64,000 nt of DNA, from the NCBI RefSeq assembly GCF_006345805.1, contig NC_042998.1:169942001-170006000 (forward strand), written 5' to 3'. The position numbers were made by a program, and so were the translations under genes. The notes beneath the pieces were generated by a model. It was not told the DNA's origin. It saw nothing but the letters and a program-made list of their open reading frames with translations, and ran no database searches. The stretch's first letter is position 1. Each line of letters begins with the position of its first letter. Positions 50,130 through 60,176 of the stretch are shown here, in pieces. Source of the DNA: Octopus sinensis. Its lineage: Eukaryota.

Positions 50130-53100
50130 TACACTGCAAGGCATTTCATCCACACTAATAATTCGGTCAATCTCCTGTACTAGACTTAAAACTTTATTGA
50201 TCAACCCCCAAAGGACAAAAGGCAAAGTTGATCATGGTGGGGTCTGAACTCAGATCACAGAGAGTCAGTATAGGATCACTATGTACATTATCCAGTGCTC
50301 TAATGACTGCCAATTTATAGCTCATAAAAATTATAAAGGCTATCAATAGTGAAGTACAAAATGGATTTAATAACTGATTATTTACAACTAAAGCAGAAAG
50401 TAAACTAAATTAAAAGAAAGACAACTGATATAATGTAATTTGTGTGCTTCAACATGATTTGTGTTTTCTATTTGTCTATATTTCACTTTGTAAATAGAAA
50501 AAACATTTTAAATGTCAAATCTTGCTCTGGAAATTTGATTCCAGCTTTCTGTAGTGTGACTGTCAAAAGAAAGATGATGTTTTCATTTACAATCAGAAAA
50601 TATATTATTATTTCATTGAGTTGGTAAGATTAGTAAAGTTAAACCATTATTAATTCATTCTATTACTATTCTATTAATATTCTATTATTTTTAGTGTTGC
50701 AAAAATGTTGATACAAAAGAAATATTGCTAATAGGATGAAATGATGAACATTAATAAAAACGTTATTTATTTTAAAATGCTAAATATATCAACAAATTAC
50801 ATTAACAATTCAGAAGATAACTTAGAAAATTTAGACCCCACCTCTCATCCCCCTATACCTTTATGATTAAAATCTTTATATGTAACTGAAACGAATCATC
50901 TATCTCTGGTTCTATCACAGTTTTGATGACCTCTTCCACCAGCTTTGAATAGTAGTAAGCAATAGTAAGAAACATACTTTTAGCTGTAATATAAATCTTG
51001 TCTACTGATATTAGGTTTCCTAAAGTTAGCTTATCCTCTTCTACCAGTCTTAAGAATCCATTCCTATGCAATAGAAATGTTATAGATAACTTTTTTTTTT
51101 ATAAGGTTAGAATAAAAATACATCAGTTTGAGGAAAATGAAGGATGTGAGACCTTGAACAAAGCTCCCTTAGAGTTCAAAATAAAAAGGGATGTGAGACC
51201 TTATTGAGCCCAGGAAATGCATTAATTATGACAAGTGACAGTTAGCACACATCGAAACCATATTTAGAAATTACACATAGGAAAAAGGACAAAGGTTATT
51301 ATACTTAAAACATACTTTCAATGAAAATAAATTAGAGAGAAAGTTAATAACTTTAGGACAGGATAGGTGAAGTTACTAGGTTCCTGTGTGTAGCATCTCT
51401 ATAAAATGACCACCACCATGTTAATGTGATGAAAAGCAGTGTAATTATCATTCTATTACTAGTTATTTGAGGGTACCAAGCTGGCAGTATTGGAAGCATG
51501 CCAAACAAAATGCTTTACATCATATTGTCTGGGTTGAAAATCTGTCCAAGTTAATTACCTTTCATCTTTTGGGCTCAATGAAATATGTACTAGCTGAGCA
51601 GTGGGGTTAAAGCAATTGTTATTTATATTTCAATTCTATAATAATTGCAAAATTTATGCTTGAAATTTCTACCTAATGGAGAAAGCTCAAATGTCATGGC
51701 TAAGAAATGCTTAGTACTGTTGTGGGCAAGCACTGACTCACAGGACTTTCTAAATGATATGCTTAACAAAAGATGACCTTGAATTCTTTTAGTAGTAGCC
51801 AGTTGATGAACCAAGTCTCATGCAGTCAGCTTCTCATAAAAGGATACCCATGCTTGGCTTAGTATAACTAGAAATGTATACATTCGAACTTTCCCTTCCA
51901 TGCAACATCATGAATTGAGAAATGTACAAGAGAGAAAGCTCTGAATATGTAACTTCTACAAGAGTGGCTTTTCATGACAATTACATCTTTTTTTAATATC
52001 TAAATTCTAGATAAACAAGTTAAACTTTTACATTAAAAAATTCACATTAATATGTATTTTATTTACAATAAAAGCATTTTTTTTCTTACAAGACTTTCTG
52101 ATAATTTCACTCAGCCTAAATATAAAAGAGAAATCCTTTTCTATACAATATATAGTCACTAATTAACTGTACTGCAAACTAAACATATTTCTTCAGAATA
52201 TTTATTTAATGAATGAACACAAATCGAATAAATATAATTCATAAGACTAAAGAATTTTTAACTAAGGCTTTGATATTCACTCAAAAGTTCTTTAATATTT
52301 ATTTTAACTTTTAACAGAATTTCTATGCAGTTTACAAACTAATACAATTTAAAATACTTATGTTTATAGACAAATGATATTGATTTCTGGAATGTTATAA
52401 TCAATTATGCTGTGTTCTGTGCTTCACTGGCACTTATTTCACTGACATCCAGTAGGATGAAAAGCAAAGTTGACCTTGGCATAATTTGAACTGAGAATGG
52501 AACTAAATATCGCAAACCATTTAGTCTAGAGTTCTACTAATTTTGCCATAATATTGGCAGACAGAACAGATAAAAAATAAAAATAATAATAATAGTACTC
52601 TGACTAAGCAGTTGAGAGATTCCAGTGAAATTTCCTGACATTTTGGTCACAGGAAATTGATCAAATAATTTTACAGAAGGCCCTATACACAGCTACGTTA
52701 ACTTTAGGAAATGGCTCACTACACCAAACAAACTAACCAATAAGGACATGCAGAAGTTGTAGACAGAATGAAGAGTAAAAGGAAATATAATTAAATATAT
52801 GACCCAGAAATTTTATATCATGTCCAACCTGAAAAAAAAGACATGGACAGTGGATTTCTCAAGTGAAAAATTAATATTTCTGTTCAGAATTGTTCATATT
52901 ATTTAATTATTGTAGTAAGAATTCTATATTAATTGCAAAAAAAGTAATTGTTTTTATTGTTGTTGCTTACCCCTAATTGAACAGACTTATAATCAAAGAA
53001 GATCCAGTAATGACCATTCCATCTTACTTTAAAATATATTCTATCTAGAACCACATATAGTCTTTTCATTTTTAAGACTAGTGATTTGAGGGATTTTTGG

Positions 53101-53345
53101 CTACCATTTCTAGCAAGTCAAGTGATGACATACTAATTCTTTTGGTGGTTCACAGTTTTGAAGGTCATTGCATTGGTAGAATTAGTAGAGTTGTGCACAT
53201 AATGTCTAATACTATTATATCTCTTTACAGTCAGAGTTCAAACCCGACAAAAATCCCTCAATTTTGTCCTTCATCCTTACGGGATTGTACTTGATTTAAT
53301 AGACTATAACCCTTGTCCCAAATGTGTGCTCTTATGTATGTGTTA
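50130..53345. mobile_element. Span containing four separate decayed Nin-domain SINEs (about 50130-50320 minus, 51473-51665 plus, 52415-52550 minus, 53170-53345 plus)
   Basis: Each retains part of the GCCTTTCATCCTT / AAGGATGAAAGGCAAAGTTGA core, some also the B box; the intervening DNA is not part of the elements. Confidence 0.55.
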
Positions 53346-54485
53346 AAAAATTATTTTGTTTATCAATACAACTGAGTGTTGGTAACATCTTAGAAGTTTT
53401 GTTCAATAACCCTGAAAATTATGTGTACCAATAAAATTACCTCATGAGTTACTGTTCTTTTGGCAATTGTAAAGTTTTTATCCTGTATGATGATAATGAT
53501 CATCATCATTGTCATTTTGAATCTGTTTCTCATACTGGCATAAGTGGAACAGGTAATCAAGGCCCAAATTAATTTTTATTTGAAGTTACTACTCTCTTGA
53601 GTGGGTCAGAGGATTATATCACACACACACACACACATATATTCCAATTTTTGGCATGATTTGTATAGCTGGATTCACCCAAACACTAACCGTTTAACAA
53701 AGTGTATTGGTGAACTTTATCATGATGCCTGCACTAGAGGCACTTTTATATCTATGCCAAGATTCAAGGCTCATCTTGATCCTGTGATAATGCCATTTTT
53801 CAATGAAGAGAACTGAGTAACAACATAAGGACCAAGGCAAGTGTGTGCGTGTGTGAGTGAGAGAGAGAGAGAGAGAGAGGAATGAGGGTATGGTTTGTAT
53901 CCAAATGAAAGAACACCAATTTTAACAGTAAATAAGTAATGTTGAAATATCAGTGACTCTGTTGCAGCTTATAATTATTATGGTTCAGTAGTATTTCTAA
54001 TATAACAAATTCCCCTTTCTGGTTATTTAATCAATACCAGACAGCAATATTACAAACTTTGGCTCAACATTTCATCTGTAGGTAGAGGTTATACACAATT
54101 AATTATAGTTCCATAAACAGAATGCATATTTGCAAAGAATAGAATATTACAAGGGAACCTAAGCACAGTTGTTTGAAATAGCCAGATCTCCTTCAAATCA
54201 TAGATTTACATCTTACAAATAAAGACATCTACTTTGGAGAATGCAGTCACTGATACAGAAAGCAATAAATGCAATGGACTACTGGTCTCCTTGATCAGGG
54301 ACAGCTTGGGGCTAAACAACAACACAATGCTTTCAAGATGGTAGGGCCTTAAAAAACCTCACAAAACATAAAAATATAACAACTATTACACAACTGGAAT
54401 AGTCAACTTGATACAAACCAAAGAGGAACTCAAGCTCAATACATTATAATAAACAGAATTAAATAAATAGACATCCTTACGTTAT

Positions 54486-54848
54486 AGGAGCAAAGCATGG
54501 TCGTGTGGTTAAGAAGTTCACTTTGCTGCCATGTGGTTTTGGGTTCAGTTCCGTTACATGGCACCTTAGGAAAGTGTCTATAAATCCAAGGTGACCAATG
54601 CTTTGTGAGTGAATTTGGTCAATGGAAACTATGAGAAGCACATCGACATGAGCATGTGAGTATTTGTTCCCCACTGTTTGACAACCAGTGATGGTTTGTT
54701 TATGTCACCCATAACTTAATGGTTTAGCAAAAGAAAGTGATAGAATAAGACTTAGGGTAAGTACTAGCATCAATTTGTATATCTAACTTCACAAGGTGGT
54801 GTTCTAACATGGCCACTGTCCAACAACCGGTGTAAAAGAGCAAAAAGA
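54486..54848 (+). mobile_element. SINE family A (older)
   Basis: ATGGTCGTGTGGTTAAGAAG..GGGTTCAGTTCC..TTGTGAGTGAATTTGGT. Confidence 0.7.
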
Positions 54849-55400
54849 TACATTACAAATATACAATTCATGTACAAAATACAATTAATACAAATAATGT
54901 TTGTGACTCCAAGGCTCAACAAATGTAAATCTTGATCATGTTAATAGACTGGAACTGATGTCATAGGTGCATGTGTGAGACTGATTTTTTTGTGTGTGTG
55001 CGCATGTCACCAGAAGTTCAACGACCACGAACATGAATTCCACAATTCTGATGACACAGAAGATTTCTTACTTGCAGATATAAGTGTATGTGTGTGGTTA
55101 TGCATGTGTGTGATGTATTTTGATGAACTCACTTCAAGTTCTGCTTTAGCTATTTCCTCTCAAATACATGAGGACACAGCTATCAGTGATTTCCTGAAGC
55201 AAACACACTAGAAGCTTCCATCAATTTCTGATCTTTTTATATATATTTTTTTCATATATCCATTTCATAATTTTCTTTTCATAAAAGTACTTTTTTTATT
55301 CCCAGTTTTCTTTCAGATACTTTTCTCAAATAAATGCTTTTAGCTTTCCATTTGCCAATCTATAATTTTCAATATTTCCTTTCAGGTTTTATAATATATA

Positions 55401-58400
55401 TCATCATCATCATCATCATCATCATTTAGCGTCCGTTTTCCATGCTAGCATGGGTTGGACGGTTCTACTGGGGTCTGTGAAGCCAGAAGGCTTCATCAGG
55501 CCCAGTCAAATCTGGCAGTGTTTCTACGGCTGGATGCCCTTCCTAACGCCAACCACTCCGTGAGTGTAGTGGGTGCTTTTTACGTGCCACCCGCACTGGT
55601 GCCAGACAGAGCTGGCAAACGGCCACGAACGGATGGTGCTTTTTATGTGCCACCGGCACGAGGGCCAGGCGAGGCTGGCAACGGACACGAAACGGGGCGG
55701 TGCTGGCAACGGTCGCGAAACGGAAAGTTCTCTTACATGCCACCGGCACTGGTAACACATCTGCAATTTCCATTGATCGATTTCCATTGATCGATTTCGA
55801 TTCTGATCCTCACTTGCCTCAATGGGTCTTCACAAGCAGAGTTTCGACATGCCACCGGCACTGGTAGCACATCCGCAATTTCCATTGATCGATTTCGATT
55901 CTGATCCTCACTTGCCTCAACACGTCTTCACAAGTAGAGTTTTGTGTCCCAAGAAGGGAAGGTATGCATACGTAGGCTGGCTCCATCCCATGTAGAAGGC
56001 CACGGGTTGTGGACTCACTTGTCCTGCCGGGTCTTCTCGCGCACAGCACACTTCCAGAGGTCTCGGTCTCTAGTCATTTCCTCAGTGAGACCTAAAGTTC
56101 GAAGGTCGTGCTTCACCACCTCGTCCCAGGTTTTCCTGGGTCTGCCTCTTCCACAGGTTCCCTCAACCGCTAGGGTGTGGCACTTTTTCACACAACTATC
56201 TTCATCCATTCTCGCCACATGACCATACCAGCGCAAACGTCTCTCTTGCACACCACAACTGATGCTTCTTAGGTCCAGCTTTTCTCTCAAGGTACTTACA
56301 CTCTGCCGAGTGTGAGTACCGGCATTACACATCCATCGGAGCATACTGGCTTCATTTCTAGCGAGCTTACGCATATCCTCAGCAGTCACGGCCCATGTTT
56401 CACTGCCATGTAGCATGGCTGTTCGTACACACGCATCATACAGTCTGCCTTTCACTCTGTGCGAGAGGCCTTTTGTCACCAGCAGAGGTAAGAGCTCTCT
56501 GAACTTTGCCCAAGCTATTCTTACTCTAGCAGTTACACTTTCAGCACACCCGCCCCCGCTGCTGACTTGGTCACCTAGGTAACGGAAACTATCAACTATT
56601 TCTAGTTTTTCTCCCTGGAAAGTGACGGAAGTTGGTCTCAGAGCATTTTCAGTGTTTATTGTTCCTGAGCATCTGCCACATACAAAAGCCATCTTCCTAG
56701 TTAGCCTTCCTTTGACATTGCTGCATCTCTTATGTGTCCATAGCTTACACTTGGTGCATCTTATAGAGTTTCTACCTACACCTTTTCTACAGATCGAGCA
56801 GGGCCATCTACCTGAAGGTGTTTGTGATTTGTCTACCTTCCTACTGATTACGACTTTGGTTTTAGCTAGATTGACTCTGAGGCCCTTCGATTCTAATCCT
56901 TGTTTCCACACCTGAAACTTCTCCTCCAGTTCTGATAGCGACTCAGCAATTAGAGCAAGGTCATCAGCATAGAGGAGCTCCCAAGGGCATCCTGTCTTGA
57001 ATTCCTCCGTTATTGCCTGGAGGACTATGATAAATAGGAGGGGGCTGAGTACTGAGCCTTGGTGGACCCCTACCTCTACCCGGAATTCTTCACTGTACTC
57101 ATTTCCAACCCTCACCCTACTAGCGGCGTTCCTATACATGGCCCGCACAGCTCTCACTAACCATTCATCTATCCCTAGTTTTCTCATTGCCCACCAGATA
57201 AGGGATCGGGGGACCCTGTCGAAGGCTTTCTCCATGTCAACAAAAGCCAGGTACAGGGGCTTATCTTTGGCTAGGTATTTCTCCTGCAGCTGCCTTACCA
57301 GGAATATAGCATCAGTAGTACTTTTCCCTGGCACAAACTCAAACTGCATCTCATCTAAACTAACTCTCGCTCTAATTAGTTGGGCTATGACCCTCTCCGT
57401 AACCTTCATCACCTGGTCCAACAGCTTGATACATCTGTAGTTATTTGTATCTAGGGCATCACCTTTACCTTTGTAGCAGTTGACTATTATACTGCTACAC
57501 CAGTCATTGGGTATGACCCCTTTGTGTATCACCTGATTAACTATATGGGTGACTAGGCTATAGCCGACACTACCAGACATTTTGAGCATCTCTGCAGTGA
57601 TTCCTGATGGGCCTGGGGCTTTCCCTGTCTTCATGCTTCTAATTGCCTTAGCTACCACGGAACTATCAACTCGGATAGCTGGTCCCTCTGTTGGGTCAAC
57701 ATTCGGCAGACTCTCTTTATCCCATTCATTTTCTTCATTCAGCAACCTTTCATAGTGGCATCTCCAAACCTCTCTCTTTGCATCCTCATTTAGCGCAAGT
57801 GAACCATCTTCCATGCGAACACACTTCTCTCCTACCACATCACGATTCTCTCTCACACACAGTCTTGCAACACGAAACACCTCCAGTCTTTGGTCCTCAC
57901 GGCGCAGAACATTGGCAAATTTTTTCTTATCTGCTTCCCTTCTGGCTAAATAAACCTGTCTCCTAGCTTCTCTTTTGGCAGTCTGATACAATTCCCTGCT
58001 ACCCCCATTTTTCCAGACCTTCCAAGCCTGTCTCTTTTCTCTAATAGCCCTGTCTACAATATTGTTCCACCACCACGTTATTCTAGGTCGAGAGGGGACT
58101 TTGCACCAGCCACAGATCTGGTCAGTGGCTCTCAGCAGGTTGTCCCTTAGAAACGTCCAGCTGTCTTCTACCCCCTGTGATGCTCTATCCCCTTCTACTT
58201 CGTCAGAGGCTTCAAGTAATATGTCCCTAAATCTCTGTCCATTTGCAGGATCTTTAAGCTTCCAGATCCTTCTTCTCCATATTTGTCGTCTTCTGGTTGT
58301 CCTCCTAGTCCTGATCCTAAAGTCACTAACTACCAGTCTATGTTGTGGGGTACATTCTTCACCTGGGAAGGTTTTGGCATTTATAAGCAGCCATCTCTCC

Positions 58401-58548
58401 CTTTGCCTTGTAAGGATGTAGTCAATTTGGCTGGTATGTTGGCCCGATTGGTAAGTGACTAGGTGGCTGGTAGGTTTCCTGAAGTTAGTGTTGCAAATCA
58501 TAAGATTATTTGCATCGCAGAACTCCAGCAGCCTGGTTCCCTCCTCGT
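55401..58548 (-). mobile_element. Young RTE-clade LINE, 5'-truncated
   Basis: GC/CpG-richer block; (TGA)n tail at 55401-55425; about 590-nt 3'UTR with internal repeats; uninterrupted EN-RT ORF; abrupt switch to AT-rich flank near 58549. Confidence 0.95.
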
Positions 58549-58579
58549 ATATTATGTATGCATTTGCTCTGTACTTCAT
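56015..58579 (-). CDS. RTE LINE ORF: C-terminal part of AP endonuclease, reverse transcriptase and PHD-like zinc finger (first 10-11 codons from flanking DNA)
   Basis: 854 aa: SQIDYIL and QHRLVVSDF (APE C-terminus); AFVDMEKAFDRV, GVHQGSVLSPLLF, LLYADDL (RT); CSIC..CTKC..H..C..CGRC; RLRWYGHVARM..GRPRKTW (RTE C-terminus). Confidence 0.93.
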   Translation of the reverse strand: MKYRANAYIIYEEGTRLLEFCDANNLMICNTNFRKPTSHLVTYQSGQHTSQIDYILTRQRERWLLINAKTFPGEECTPQHRLVVSDFRIRTRRTTRRRQIWRRRIWKLKDPANGQRFRDILLEASDEVEGDRASQGVEDSWTFLRDNLLRATDQICGWCKVPSRPRITWWWNNIVDRAIREKRQAWKVWKNGGSRELYQTAKREARRQVYLARREADKKKFANVLRREDQRLEVFRVARLCVRENRDVVGEKCVRMEDGSLALNEDAKREVWRCHYERLLNEENEWDKESLPNVDPTEGPAIRVDSSVVAKAIRSMKTGKAPGPSGITAEMLKMSGSVGYSLVTHIVNQVIHKGVIPNDWCSSIIVNCYKGKGDALDTNNYRCIKLLDQVMKVTERVIAQLIRARVSLDEMQFEFVPGKSTTDAIFLVRQLQEKYLAKDKPLYLAFVDMEKAFDRVPRSLIWWAMRKLGIDEWLVRAVRAMYRNAASRVRVGNEYSEEFRVEVGVHQGSVLSPLLFIIVLQAITEEFKTGCPWELLYADDLALIAESLSELEEKFQVWKQGLESKGLRVNLAKTKVVISRKVDKSQTPSGRWPCSICRKGVGRNSIRCTKCKLWTHKRCSNVKGRLTRKMAFVCGRCSGTINTENALRPTSVTFQGEKLEIVDSFRYLGDQVSSGGGCAESVTARVRIAWAKFRELLPLLVTKGLSHRVKGRLYDACVRTAMLHGSETWAVTAEDMRKLARNEASMLRWMCNAGTHTRQSVSTLREKLDLRSISCGVQERRLRWYGHVARMDEDSCVKKCHTLAVEGTCGRGRPRKTWDEVVKHDLRTLGLTEEMTRDRDLWKCAVREKTRQDK

Positions 58580-59143
58580 AACTAGTAATACTACTCAGTA
58601 TAGAAGTTACTTAACAACCATACAGGAAGCAGACTGGATTATGATAATCGGTGTGGAGTTGTAAACATAACAGCAGCAGTCATACATCTTTTGTACACAT
58701 AATTTCTACTTTTCTAGTATATTCTAAATATATGTGTGTATGAGTGTATCAATTTAGAAAAATTTTTAAATGCCTGTTTAGCATACAAGCATTTCTTAAT
58801 TTCTTATATAAACACACAAGAACAGTTTTCAATCAAAGCAAAGATTTCAGCTTTAAAAGTTACACTTTAACCTTTCAATTTTTTATATTGCAATTGATAA
58901 TATTGGCATCACTCCTCATAGCTCTCCATTTCATAAATTTTGTTTGAAATATGTATGTTTGTATTTAAAGTTACCTTTCAGACCTATCCTTTTATATCCA
59001 CTTTCTATATTGGTATAGATTGGACAGGTTGTCACAGTCTGAGTATATCTTATTATTTGTCACTGACTTCAAAGTTAAGGACCAAATTTCACACTAAGGA
59101 ACTTTTGTATTTTAAGTTTAGTTTCAATTTTTTTAATTATATA

Positions 59144-59271
59144 CCGTAAATCCTCGAGTATAATCTGAGGGGTGCTTATTATACAGAAGGTTTAGGTTTT
59201 TCAGAGGTACAGCCCCATAAAAATCCCCTGCTTATTATACTCAAGGGCAGACTATACTCAAGGATTTACGG
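59144..59271. mobile_element. Tc1/mariner-pogo type MITE, short deletion derivative
   Basis: TA|CCGTAAATCCTCGAGTATA...TATACTCAAGGATTTACGG|TA. Confidence 0.85.
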
Positions 59272-59945
59272 TAACTGTTTTCATGTAAAAGCCAAAGATT
59301 TCAGTTTCACATATTGCAATTATTCATACTGATAACTCATTTTCCATAGTTTATAATGTGTGTGTGTGTGTGTAAGAAAGGGAGAGAATATGCAATTGTG
59401 TATATGTAAGTGTGACCATATGCACATGTAACTGTGTGCATGTAAATGTGTATGCATGTGTGTCTGCAACTATGTGTATGCATGTGTGTCTGCAACTATG
59501 TGTATGTGACATGTGTATACATGCATCTGCATATGTTCTAAACATTTTTTTTTTAATAAACCTAGTATTTTGACTTCACTTTCAGACATATCCATTTCAT
59601 AAATTTATTTTAATATATGTAAATGTACACAAATAAAGTGTTACAGTGGGACAATACAACAAATGTTAAACAATGAAATAGCATGTCATACGAATTGAAA
59701 GAGAAACATCTGTTGTAACTTATAAAAGTCCGAAGGAAGTAATAGAAAAATGACAGAAGATAAGGCGAGTGTCTGATGCAAAGGCATGGGAAACTAGAGA
59801 GTGAATATCACAGAAGAAATAACAGAGAGAAGAGCTATTGGAAGAGAACAGCAAACCATTTAAACAAGGGAAGTAAAGGATGTCTGGGAAAAGAAAACTA
59901 CAGAAACAGTTTTACAATGTTGATGAAATTGATGAAATTTTACAC

Positions 59946-60176
59946 ATTTCTTTATTACCCACAAGGGGCTAAACATAGAAGGGACAAACAAGGACAGACA
60001 TAGGTATTAAGTCGATTACATCGGCCCAGTGCATAACTGGTACTTAATTTATCGACCCCGAAAGGATGAAAGGCAAAGTCGACCTCGGTGGAATTTGAAC
60101 TCACAACGTAACGACAGACGAAATACGTCTGCGCATTTCGCCCGGCATGCTAACATTTCTGCCAGCTCGCCGTCTT
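59946..60176 (-). mobile_element. Nin/Deu-domain SINE, young full-length copy
   Basis: CTGGTACTTAATTTATCGACCCCGAAAGGATGAAAGGCAAAGTCGAC; CpGs retained; possible TSD AATTTTACA (59936-59944, 60183-60191). Confidence 0.85.

Noticed and set aside
50853-51071. 72-aa minus-strand ORF with protein-like composition
   Set aside because: No family motif recognised and no splice signals; may be a decayed element, cannot be supported by eye.
55388-58560. Target-site duplication for the young RTE
   Set aside because: Only a 4-5-bp TATA/TATAT match in AT-rich flanks; cannot be distinguished from chance.
55455-58664. Plus-strand ORFs and short 3'UTR ORFs overlapping the LINE
   Set aside because: Antisense shadows of the RTE ORF or products of the GC-rich UTR repeats.
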